DNA from: a virus
Lineage: Duplodnaviria; Heunggongvirae; Uroviricota; Caudoviricetes
Direction: 5' to 3' (one strand)
IMG/VR virus record: IMGVR_UViG_3300030019_000001
DNA: 42,841 bases
The notes under the pieces were generated by a model that was not told the origin of the DNA, did no database searches, and worked only from the letters and a program-made list of their open reading frames with translations. The position numbers were made by a program, and so were the translations under genes. Of this stretch, positions 28,082-36,849 are shown in pieces (the stretch's first letter is position 1; every line of letters begins with the position of its first letter).

Positions 28082-28429
28082 ATGAAATATTTAAAAAATT
28101 TTGAAAATGAATTAACCACTGAATATAAAGTAGGTGATTATGTATCAATTAACTATGATACAAAATCTAACACATTAACAAAGTTGAAGGATTTTGTGAA
28201 TAATTCGATAGGAAAAATAATGTTTATTGATGATAAAAGTATGATTATTCAATATGTTAATATTCCAGATAAAATAAAACATTTTTTTTCTGATAAAAAT
28301 GTTGGAAAAGATAAAATAAAAAATTCTGTATTTTTTTGGAATAAAAATAATACAATAAAAAGATTAGCAACAGATGATGAGATAATAGAATATGAAGCAA
28401 TTAAAAATACAAACAAATTTAACATATGA
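28082..28429 (+). CDS. Small protein, terminal-cassette family A (MKYLKNFENELTTEYKVGDYVSI ... KNTNKFNI)
   Basis: Cassette termini; close paralog of 28426-28767. Confidence 0.6.
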   Translation: MKYLKNFENELTTEYKVGDYVSINYDTKSNTLTKLKDFVNNSIGKIMFIDDKSMIIQYVNIPDKIKHFFSDKNVGKDKIKNSVFFWNKNNTIKRLATDDEIIEYEAIKNTNKFNI

Positions 28430-28767
28430 AGCACTTAAGATTATTTGAAAGCCAACTAAAGCCTAAATATAAAGTAGGAGATTATGTTCATTTAGATATG
28501 GAGCCAGATTTTACTTATGATGATTGCTTAGGACAAATACTTAAAATAGATAAAAACGGATTCATAAACGAACCTGAAGAAACAGATTCAAATAAAAAAC
28601 ATGATAATTATATTAACACATTAAATCTTTACCCATATAAAGTTAAAATATTGGATGGTAAATTCGATGCTGAAGAAGGCTTAATAGATAGATATATGAA
28701 AAAAGATGAAATAGAATATTTTGAGTATTTATTAAAGAATAAAGATACTAAAAAATTTAACATATGA
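28426..28767 (+). CDS. Small protein, terminal-cassette family A (MKHLRLFESQLKPKYKVGDYVHL ... KDTKKFNI)
   Basis: Cassette termini; ATGA overlaps on both sides. Confidence 0.6.
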   Translation: MKHLRLFESQLKPKYKVGDYVHLDMEPDFTYDDCLGQILKIDKNGFINEPEETDSNKKHDNYINTLNLYPYKVKILDGKFDAEEGLIDRYMKKDEIEYFEYLLKNKDTKKFNI

Positions 28768-29021
28768 GCAAATTAATAAATGATATACATAAAATGTTGG
28801 GTTATCTTAAAATAATACAACAATATAATTATTTTTCACAATTAGGAAATGAAGATGATATCGACTATTTAAAAGATAAAGTTGATAATTTATATTATAT
28901 AGATGACACAGATAAACTTATAAAAGATTTTGAATGGTGTGCAGATATGGTAAATCAACTTTATGATCAAGTTGATTCAGAATTTAAAAAGAGAATGTTA
29001 ATCGAAGAACAACTATACTAA
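28764..29021 (+). CDS. Small acidic protein (85 aa; MSKLINDIHK...)
   Basis: ORF starting at the AACATATGA junction; its stop is inside the hairpin. Confidence 0.45.
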   Translation: MSKLINDIHKMLGYLKIIQQYNYFSQLGNEDDIDYLKDKVDNLYYIDDTDKLIKDFEWCADMVNQLYDQVDSEFKKRMLIEEQLY

Positions 29022-29047
29022 AAAAGTCAGATTTAATCTGACTTTTT
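29021..29047. terminator. Perfect 12-bp-stem hairpin AAAAAGTCAGAT-tta-ATCTGACTTTTT bridging the two convergent stop codons (29019-29021 and 29050-29052)
   Basis: Read directly; A-tract and T-tract symmetric arms. Confidence 0.65.
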
Positions 29048-29049
29048 AT

Positions 29050-29523
29050 TCATCTACCATATCTTTCACCAGGATATTTCTTATCTATTTCTTTAAACAT
29101 ATCATAAGAACGTTTAAATAATTCAAATTTATTTTCTATGAAATCGTCTACATCTTCTTTTGTTGAACTAACAATATCAAAATGATTTTTAATAGATTGT
29201 GGAAGATTGTTCATGTAATTCCTTATCTGATCTGTACTATAGTTAGGAAATTTAGGATTATAATCATTTACTGCTCCAATTAAAGCATTAACAGTATATT
29301 GATCATTGTAGTTTTTCAATAAATCACCCATTAGATTTATTTTTCTTTCTTCATTTTTTTCTCTTTCCACAGTATAAGCGTTTGATGTTATTCCTTTTAC
29401 GCTTGGATTTTTTTCAAATTCTTCATCAGAAATCTTTTTTTTGTGATTACCACCAATATCACCACCCTGAGGAAATTCAATTTTTTCTTTTACATATTCG
29501 CCAAAATCTACTAATTTTTTCAT
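29050..29523 (-). CDS. Hypothetical protein (157 aa; N-terminus MKKLVDFGEYVKE)
   Basis: ORF with an ATG. Confidence 0.45.
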   Translation of the reverse strand: MKKLVDFGEYVKEKIEFPQGGDIGGNHKKKISDEEFEKNPSVKGITSNAYTVEREKNEERKINLMGDLLKNYNDQYTVNALIGAVNDYNPKFPNYSTDQIRNYMNNLPQSIKNHFDIVSSTKEDVDDFIENKFELFKRSYDMFKEIDKKYPGERYGR

Positions 29524-29542
29524 TATTATTTATGTTTTTTTT

Positions 29543-29887
29543 TTATATATTAAATTTATTTGTAGTGAATAAAAAATTCAACTCATCAAAAGTTTTTATC
29601 ATCCAATTATTTCTATTAGCCCATTGGTGATCATTGTATTTGTGTATTACAATATCTAATCTATCGTTGGCTAATTCAATTGTAGTAAAACTTTCAATGT
29701 TGGTATTTTTCTTTTTAAGGATATCTATATTACTTGAATCAATTTTGTCAGTAAGAACAAATTCTTCAATTCCAAGAATTATTTTATATAATATAAAATA
29801 ATCTCCTTCATCTGGTTTGAATAAAACTAAGAAATATTTTTCTTTTTCTTTTTTTCTTTTAAATATATTAAATTTTTCAATTATCAT
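29543..29887 (-). CDS. Terminal-cassette group B protein (about 115 aa from ATG MIIEKFNIFKRKKEK...; ends FTTNKFNI). The track ORF extends to a TTG at 29932, through a duplicated copy of the start region.
   Basis: C-terminal KFNI; the N-terminus lies inside a 52-bp tandem duplication. Confidence 0.5.
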   Translation of the reverse strand: MIIEKFNIFKRKKEKEKYFLVLFKPDEGDYFILYKIILGIEEFVLTDKIDSSNIDILKKKNTNIESFTTIELANDRLDIVIHKYNDHQWANRNNWMIKTFDELNFLFTTNKFNI

Positions 29888-29950
29888 AATTATATATTTT
29901 CTTTTTTCTTTTAAATATATTAAATTTTTCAATTATCATAATTATATATT
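29856..29950. repeat. Two direct copies of a 52-bp unit (ttttcttttaaatatattaaatttttcaattatcataattatatatt) duplicating the 5' end and start codon of gene 29543-29887
   Basis: Copy 1 is at about 29856-29898 and copy 2 at about 29908-29950. Each contains the reverse-complement ATGATAATTGAAAAATTTAATATATTTAAAAG. Confidence 0.8.
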
Positions 29951-30373
29951 AAATTTTCTTGTTGATATTATCCATGATGGAGTATAATTTACAGCATTTA
30001 AAAATAAATAGTATGAAAAAATGAAATATGAACTTTTCCAAACCAGTGATGTTTTATTTGTATATTCTTCTATTTCATAATATAATTTTGGTGTTTCTTC
30101 TATTTTCGTTATCACAGAATCTAATGTATATTTTTTTACTTCTCTTTGTATTTTTTTATTTGTTTTTTTATTATCTGTTTTCCAAATATATGGATATTTA
30201 TACATAAATATTAATAGTGCGAATTCATCATAACAAGAATATGGTATACCTCTATATGTGAAACTATCAGTTATATTTTCTTCATATTTCTTTTTATATA
30301 TTTCTTCATAATTATTTAGAAATTTTTCAGTATCAGAACTAATTTTTATAGAGGAATTTATTTTTGAGTTCAT
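29942..30373 (-). CDS. Hypothetical protein (143 aa) ending ISTRKFNI (terminal cassette)
   Basis: ORF with an ATG; C-terminal KFNI immediately followed by the duplicated start region of the next gene. Confidence 0.5.
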   Translation of the reverse strand: MNSKINSSIKISSDTEKFLNNYEEIYKKKYEENITDSFTYRGIPYSCYDEFALLIFMYKYPYIWKTDNKKTNKKIQREVKKYTLDSVITKIEETPKLYYEIEEYTNKTSLVWKSSYFIFSYYLFLNAVNYTPSWIISTRKFNI

Positions 30374-30455
30374 ATATTATTTTTATTTATAATTATATTT
30401 CGCAAAGATACAAAAAAAATATAACCTTTACTAATAATTATCATCTTTTATATTA

Positions 30456-30893
30456 TTATAAGTTGAATTTATTTGAGATTCTTGTTAAATTCATTTCATT
30501 GATTACTTTTTTCTGTTTTTCTGTAATATTACCATAAATAGTAAATGATGATTTATTGTCAACATGGTAAATATAATTATCATTTGTAGTTAATATTAAT
30601 GATAATAGAACAAATATTCTTTTCTTGTGTTGTAAAGTGCCTTGATATCCAGTCGTACACTCTGTTATGGTGTTGATTCTACCTTTAACTATTTGAGGTA
30701 CATCTATAAAAATATTTTTTTCTTTATCATAACAATTCTTACAATTAAATTCAACTAATGTATCAACTATCAACAAATTACTAAGAAATTTTTTAATTTT
30801 CGTGTAACTACCAGAATAGTAATTTAACAAATCATTTAGTATGAATGTTGTTTCGGTTTCTGTATTTTCAAATATTTTGAAATTTATAATCAT
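30456..30893 (-). CDS. Terminal-cassette group B protein (MIINFKIFENTE ... EFNCKNCYDKEKN ... TIYGNITEKQKKVINEMNLTRISNKFNL)
   Basis: Clear paralog of 31308-31727 (same N-terminus, CxxC, TIYGNI and C-terminus). Confidence 0.6.
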   Translation of the reverse strand: MIINFKIFENTETETTFILNDLLNYYSGSYTKIKKFLSNLLIVDTLVEFNCKNCYDKEKNIFIDVPQIVKGRINTITECTTGYQGTLQHKKRIFVLLSLILTTNDNYIYHVDNKSSFTIYGNITEKQKKVINEMNLTRISNKFNL

Positions 30894-30894
30894 A

Positions 30895-31311
30895 TTAATT
30901 AATTTTTTTCCTTAAATAATTAAAAACAATTTCAAAAAATATCAGTTTAATTGAAAATGCCAACATAACAAACCAAATAGATGTATTCAATGTGATTATA
31001 ACAGATGCAAGAATCATAGTTATTTCAGATATAAACCAAAATAAATGCCATGCATCAGTAAACACAACAAAAATAGTAGTACTTCCTATGAATTTTTCTC
31101 CATTTAATGGATTGGCATTTTTATATTTATTGAGAGACCCCAATCCTTGTTCCCAAAATTTTGGATTTAATTTATATTTTAAATATAATCTTGACTTGTA
31201 AAATAAATTAGGAGAAGATGATATATCAGTTATAGATTTAGATATACCAGATATTAATAATAAAAAAAGTATTATTAAAATGTTTAAAATTGCTGAAGTA
31301 GTTAGTATCAT
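30895..31311 (-). CDS. Predicted multi-pass membrane protein (138 aa) embedded between two group B paralogs
   Basis: Hydrophobic segments MILTTSAILNILIILFLLLISGI and ITMILASVIITLNTSIWFVMLAFSIKLIFF; its start overlaps the KFNI-TGA of the upstream gene. Confidence 0.5.
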   Translation of the reverse strand: MILTTSAILNILIILFLLLISGISKSITDISSSPNLFYKSRLYLKYKLNPKFWEQGLGSLNKYKNANPLNGEKFIGSTTIFVVFTDAWHLFWFISEITMILASVIITLNTSIWFVMLAFSIKLIFFEIVFNYLRKKIN

Positions 31312-31727
31312 ATGTTAAATTTATTTGCTTGTCTTTTTATATTAATATCATTTATTATTTTTTTTATATCACCAGGAATATTTCCATAAATTGTCATCTG
31401 AGAATTTGTGTCTACTATATGACTAAATTTTATTCTTTTCAATCTCAATGTTAAGTATATATGTTTAAGATCATAATTAAATCCATAACTTCTACCGTTT
31501 ATAATTCCTTTATGATGTTTATTTGAATGTATAAAATTTGTAACACCATTTATATCATCTGTACATTTATTACAATTAAATTCAACAATGTTATTGTTGA
31601 AATTAAATAATTTGAAAATGAAATTTCGTATTGAATCTTCATGACTATCAAAGTAATCTACAATATCATCCAATACCAATGTGACTTTATCATCTGAGTT
31701 CTCGAATAATTTGAATTCTGTTATCAT
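31308..31727 (-). CDS. Terminal-cassette group B protein (MITEFKLFENSDD ... EFNCNKCTDDING ... TIYGNIPGDIKKIINDINIKRQANKFNI)
   Basis: Paralog of 30456-30893. Confidence 0.6.
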   Translation of the reverse strand: MITEFKLFENSDDKVTLVLDDIVDYFDSHEDSIRNFIFKLFNFNNNIVEFNCNKCTDDINGVTNFIHSNKHHKGIINGRSYGFNYDLKHIYLTLRLKRIKFSHIVDTNSQMTIYGNIPGDIKKIINDINIKRQANKFNI

Positions 31728-31741
31728 GCTGATATATATAA

Positions 31742-32920
31742 TTATTTGAATTTGTTTTTTAATACTTGATATTGAGATTTAACAGAATAATAAGACCTAT
31801 TTAATTTTTTAGCACAACATTTTATTCCTATATGATAATTTTCAATTAAAAAAATAATATCATCTTCTGGCCATGAATTTTTTCTTTTTTTTGCTATCAT
31901 ATGAGAGCATATATCTTTATACCATTCATTTTTAATTGCAGATGCTGCTGCACTACTATTGTTTTTTAGAAAATCATCTTTATAAATATATTTTGATGCC
32001 TCGTATTTACATTTTTCATATGTCCAAAATTTAGCAGATCCTCCTAATGTACTTTTTTTGTTAGTATTTAATAATTTCCAATTATTATTTTTGTATTCAT
32101 TCATATAATATTCTTCCAATTTCTGTGCTTCTGATTTATTAATATAGTCAGTTAATTGTATCAATTTATATTTATTGCTTGCTTTTTGTAAATGTTTGTA
32201 AATTGGACCTTTTTTAATATGCTCCTGCTCTCTAATTTTTATATTATATGTCAATCCAATATATGCACAATTATCATCAAATTCAAAAGCATAAATACAT
32301 CTAAATTCTTTACTACCAATTTTTATCATATGTGAACAGATATCATTAGATATATTATTTACATTTGAAAAATTATAAGCACCTCTATATTTTTTTTGAA
32401 AATCATTTCTACTATTACACTTTAATGCTTCTTCTTTGCATTTATCATAATTCCAATAATTATTAACATAAGTCATATGATTACAAATTTTTTCTATCCA
32501 TTTTTTTGAAATAGATATTCTATATGCACTAGCATCATTTTTTCTAAAATCAGTTCTGGTTAAATATTTTAATGCTACTTCTTGACATTTTTCTATTGTC
32601 CAGTAATTATTAGGTTTATGACTTAAATTCATATGAGAACAAATACTATTTAGCCAATTATTTTTTAATGACTTATTATATGCAGTTGCTTCATTTTTTT
32701 GAAAATCTGATATAGAATTATAATTTAATGCTGCTTCTTGACATTTATTGTGTGTCCAATGTCCTGGAGTATTAATTTTATATTTCATATGTGAACAAAC
32801 AATATTTAAATATTTATTTTTTACACAAGCATTATATGCTAAATTATCTAATTTTTTAAAATCACTTCTATATTCATATTTTAATGCTGCTTTTTGACAT
32901 ATTTCTAATGTCCATTTCAT
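31742..32920 (-). CDS. GIY-YIG family endonuclease (homing-endonuclease-like) with four N-terminal and one C-terminal ~43-aa W..E.C..(A/E)AL.Y..R.DF.K...AY.....W...IC.HM repeats and a C-terminal helix-turn-helix-like tail
   Basis: Core FRCIYAFEFDDNCAYIGLTYNIKIREQEHIKKG. Repeats WTLEICQKAALKYEYRSDF..., WTHNKCQEAALNYNSISDF..., WTIEKCQEVALKYLTRTDF..., WNYDKCKEEALKCNSRNDF..., WTYEKCKYEASKYIYKDDF.... Tail NSWPEDDIIFLIENYHIGIKCCAKKLNRSYYSVKSQY. Confidence 0.8.
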   Translation of the reverse strand: MKWTLEICQKAALKYEYRSDFKKLDNLAYNACVKNKYLNIVCSHMKYKINTPGHWTHNKCQEAALNYNSISDFQKNEATAYNKSLKNNWLNSICSHMNLSHKPNNYWTIEKCQEVALKYLTRTDFRKNDASAYRISISKKWIEKICNHMTYVNNYWNYDKCKEEALKCNSRNDFQKKYRGAYNFSNVNNISNDICSHMIKIGSKEFRCIYAFEFDDNCAYIGLTYNIKIREQEHIKKGPIYKHLQKASNKYKLIQLTDYINKSEAQKLEEYYMNEYKNNNWKLLNTNKKSTLGGSAKFWTYEKCKYEASKYIYKDDFLKNNSSAAASAIKNEWYKDICSHMIAKKRKNSWPEDDIIFLIENYHIGIKCCAKKLNRSYYSVKSQYQVLKNKFK

Positions 32921-33089
32921 AGTTTTTATTGTTTATTTTTTAATAATTTATTATATATTATAAAACAATTAATGTTTTTGATCATATAAAATAAAGTTAA
33001 ACTATAAATATTTTGATTTATGAAATAAATTCATTATATTTGTAAAAATATAAACTTAAAAATAAAATAAAATAATATTAGATAAATAT

Positions 33090-36000
33090 ATGAAAATTGC
33101 TCACTTAGCTGATGTTCACATTAGAAACCTTGAAAGACATGAAGAATATAATGATATTTTTCAAAAAATAATAAAAAAATTACGCAAAATTACACCAGAT
33201 AGAATTGTTATTGTTGGTGATTTATTTGAAAGTTATATTGAAATTTCAAATGAAGCTGAAATTATAGCTGGAAATTTCTTAAATGAATTATCAAAAATTG
33301 CTAAAGTTATAATAGTTCGTGGTAATCATGATATTCGTAAGAAAAATTTAAATAGAATCGACAGCATAGAAACTGTAGTTAAACTAATGAATAATCCAAA
33401 TGTTACTTATTATGATAAAACTGGATTTTATGATGATAAGCAAGATAACAATTTTGTTTGGGTTGTTTATGAACACTCAGATAAAGACAACGATCCATGG
33501 AAAAATATTAAAAAATATGATGGTAAAATATATATTGGGTTATTTCATGACCCAGTTTTAAATGTAACATCAAATACTGGTAAAGTTTTTAATGATGCAA
33601 ACAAGTACAAAAATATGAATTATTTTAATAATAATGATTTTGTGCTAATAGGTGATATCCACAAGCGTCAGTATTTAAGAAATGATAAATCTGCTGCATA
33701 TTGTGGCTCAACTATACAACAATCATATGGTGAAACAATTGAAAATCATGGTTTTTTATTATGGGATATAAAATCACCATCAGATTTTGATGTCACTGAA
33801 TATGATATTGACAATGAACACACTTTCATAAATCTTTATATTGATGAATCATCAGATTATGACAATTTAAATTTGTCTGCTGATAAAATTGGAACAGATA
33901 CTGAAATTAAAGTTCATTGGAAAGAATATTCATCAATTATAAATACTGTTAATGAAAAGAAAATAAGAGATTATATTAAAAATAAATTTAGCACAACTAA
34001 AGTTATTTTTGAAAAAGTTTATTTATACACAGATATATTATCATCAAAAATGCTATCAGAATCAATTGATTTGACTGATACTGAAACACAGAAAGAAATA
34101 TTTAATGAATATTTAGAAGAGCAAAAATACAAAAAAGATGATATTGAATCTATTCTTAAAATTGATGATATAATAAATAGTAGAGTTCAATTGGTAGAAT
34201 GCTTAAAAAATACTGAATGGAGTATTGATAAATTCTGGTTTAGTAATTTTAAATCTTATGGAGATGATAATGTTATAGATTGGGCTGATATTAATGGAAT
34301 TGTACAAATTCATGGAGAAAATCAGGAAGGTAAAACAACTATTTTAGATGCACTTACTTATATTCTTTATGGTAAGACTACGACAACATTAAGTCCTGAA
34401 AAATTTGGAGATTCAAGATATATAAATAACAAAAGAGATTTAGATTATGTTAATGGTGGTGCAATTATTAATTCAAATGGTAATAAATTCGTTATTCAGA
34501 GAAAGACAGAAAGAGTTTGGAATAAGAATCACACGGCATTAACAAGCTGTCCTACATCATTGGATTTTTATAAAAGCGAGAATATTTGTGAAGAAAATAA
34601 ATTAACAGATGAAATTAAAGCTAAGACTCAAAAAGAATTGGACTCTATTTTAGGAGATTTGAAAGATTTTATTAGATTGTCATTCACTAATGCTGATAAT
34701 TTAAATGATTTATTATCAGAAAATAGAAGTGTATTTATGGATAACATCATCAGAGATGCTGGTTATGATATTTTTGAAATTAAATTGAATGAATTTAAAG
34801 AATATAAAAAAGAATTAGTAGAAGAAAAATTAATAGTAAATATTCAAGATTCTGAATCTCGTGTGAAAGAATTGAATACTGAAATTATTGATATTAAAGA
34901 TATTATTGATACTAATAATTCTGATATTGAGAAGCATGAAAAAGAATTATCTGATTATAATACAGATAGAGATAATTTAAATAAAAAATTAAATAATATT
35001 GATTTATCAATGTTAACTTTTAATGAAGATTTAAATTTGAATACCATCAACAATTATGAATCTAAAATTGAAGAATCTAAAATTCAAAGCACAATTTTAG
35101 ATAGAGACATTGATAAATTACCTACTGAATTCGATTCATCTAAACTTGATGAATATAAAATTAAATTGAAGCAAACGAACTTGAAAATTTCTGAACGAAA
35201 AGATGAAATTTCAAATTTGAAAACTTCATTATTAGAATCTGATAATAAAATAGATAAAGTTAATATTAAAATTGATGAATTAAAACAATCTGAAATTAGA
35301 AAAATATCATCAAAAATAAATGCAAATGATTTACAAATTGAAGTTATTAAAAATAATAAATCTAATATCATAAAGGATGAAATAAAAAAAATAACATCAG
35401 AAATTCAAGAATTAGAATTAAATTTAAAAGAATTATCATCTAATATAAAATTATTACAAAAAGATGGAGTTAACGCTAAAAATTCAAATGAGGAATTAGA
35501 TAAAGAAATAGAAACATTCAAAAATTCAAAATCTTGTCCTAGCTGTGGTAGAGATTATGATAAAAATGATCCAAAATATTCAGAACACTTAGCTCATTTA
35601 GAAGATAAAATTAAAAGTCTTGAAATTAAAAAAGAACCAAATTCTTTGATAATTAAAGATTGTATATTAAAGTATAAAGATTTAAAAAATGAATCTATTG
35701 AATGTAATACAAATATTCTTAATTTGGAAGACATGAAAAAAAGGTTAATTCAAGGAGAATACCCTGATGATATATTATCTAAATTGAAAGAAATTGGTAG
35801 CAGTAAGAAGTTGACTCAAGACAATTTAGATTTAAATAAATTAATAGAAAAAATTGAGAATAACATATTTGATGAATCTGAAACATTAAATGAAAATATT
35901 GAGAAAGGGAAAGAACTAATAAAAAACATAGAAAAAGGCAAATTAGATACATCAATTGTAATAAAAAATATTGAGTCTGAATTGAAAAATTTTAATGTTG

Positions 36001-36845
36001 AAGGTATAGATGATGATATTTCAATTGAGGAAACTAAGAAAGATAATTTTGAGTTAAGAAACAGAAAAATGTCAAATAGAGATAATATTATTTTATCAAT
36101 CGAAAATTTTAATTTTAAAATAAAAGAACTAAAATTAGAAATAGAAAAATATCAAGAATATAAAGTTAAAATAGATGAAAATAAAATTATTCAATTATCA
36201 ATAGATGATGTGGATAATAATATTAAAGTCGTTAAAGAACAAATAAAAAATTTATCACAAATAAATATAGAAATGGAAAAAAATATTATACTCAAAGAAA
36301 ATGATATTTTTATAATTTCAACTAAGATAAAAAAATATTTAAAACAAAAGAAAAAAGATGAGTTATTAAAGGAGTATCAAAAATGTATTAGTCGTGATGG
36401 ATTACCTACTTTTTTATTGAAAAAGTCTATTCATTTAATTAATAAAGAATTGAATGAATTATTAATAAATGTTAATTTTACATTATTTTTTGATGATAAT
36501 TTAAATTTAAGGCTTAGTGCAGATGATAGGCTAGATTCCAGTCAAAATGCAATTGAAAGTTCTGGAAAAGAAAGAACATTTTGTGCTCTTGCATTGAAGA
36601 TAGCATTACGACAAATAAATGTCAAATCAAAATCTACGTTTATTGTATTGGATGAAATTATGGGTAAATTAATTGATGGTAAAAAAACAAAATCTGTTCA
36701 GCAATTTTTAGAATTTATTGATGAGTTGAAAAATAAAGTAAATAAAATTGTAATTATTGAACAGGTGCATAGTATAAATTTTGATGCATCAATTGAAGTT
36801 GATAAAGACGAAGAATTAGTTTCTCACTTAGAATTAGTTTATTAA
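33090..36845 (+). CDS. Single-chain Mre11/SbcD nuclease fused to a Rad50/SbcC ABC-ATPase with a coiled coil and CxxC zinc hook (1251 aa)
   Basis: Phosphoesterase motifs HLADVH, VGDLFE, RGNHD, GLFHD, IGDIHKRQ in the first ~230 aa. Walker A GENQEGKTTILDALTYILYGKT. Long K/E/N-rich coiled coil with zinc hook SKSCPSCGRDY. Signature-like SSGKERTFCALAL, Walker B FIVLDEIMG, H-loop VIIIEQVHS. Confidence 0.8.
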   Translation: MKIAHLADVHIRNLERHEEYNDIFQKIIKKLRKITPDRIVIVGDLFESYIEISNEAEIIAGNFLNELSKIAKVIIVRGNHDIRKKNLNRIDSIETVVKLMNNPNVTYYDKTGFYDDKQDNNFVWVVYEHSDKDNDPWKNIKKYDGKIYIGLFHDPVLNVTSNTGKVFNDANKYKNMNYFNNNDFVLIGDIHKRQYLRNDKSAAYCGSTIQQSYGETIENHGFLLWDIKSPSDFDVTEYDIDNEHTFINLYIDESSDYDNLNLSADKIGTDTEIKVHWKEYSSIINTVNEKKIRDYIKNKFSTTKVIFEKVYLYTDILSSKMLSESIDLTDTETQKEIFNEYLEEQKYKKDDIESILKIDDIINSRVQLVECLKNTEWSIDKFWFSNFKSYGDDNVIDWADINGIVQIHGENQEGKTTILDALTYILYGKTTTTLSPEKFGDSRYINNKRDLDYVNGGAIINSNGNKFVIQRKTERVWNKNHTALTSCPTSLDFYKSENICEENKLTDEIKAKTQKELDSILGDLKDFIRLSFTNADNLNDLLSENRSVFMDNIIRDAGYDIFEIKLNEFKEYKKELVEEKLIVNIQDSESRVKELNTEIIDIKDIIDTNNSDIEKHEKELSDYNTDRDNLNKKLNNIDLSMLTFNEDLNLNTINNYESKIEESKIQSTILDRDIDKLPTEFDSSKLDEYKIKLKQTNLKISERKDEISNLKTSLLESDNKIDKVNIKIDELKQSEIRKISSKINANDLQIEVIKNNKSNIIKDEIKKITSEIQELELNLKELSSNIKLLQKDGVNAKNSNEELDKEIETFKNSKSCPSCGRDYDKNDPKYSEHLAHLEDKIKSLEIKKEPNSLIIKDCILKYKDLKNESIECNTNILNLEDMKKRLIQGEYPDDILSKLKEIGSSKKLTQDNLDLNKLIEKIENNIFDESETLNENIEKGKELIKNIEKGKLDTSIVIKNIESELKNFNVEGIDDDISIEETKKDNFELRNRKMSNRDNIILSIENFNFKIKELKLEIEKYQEYKVKIDENKIIQLSIDDVDNNIKVVKEQIKNLSQINIEMEKNIILKENDIFIISTKIKKYLKQKKKDELLKEYQKCISRDGLPTFLLKKSIHLINKELNELLINVNFTLFFDDNLNLRLSADDRLDSSQNAIESSGKERTFCALALKIALRQINVKSKSTFIVLDEIMGKLIDGKKTKSVQQFLEFIDELKNKVNKIVIIEQVHSINFDASIEVDKDEELVSHLELVY

Positions 36846-36849
36846 AAAC

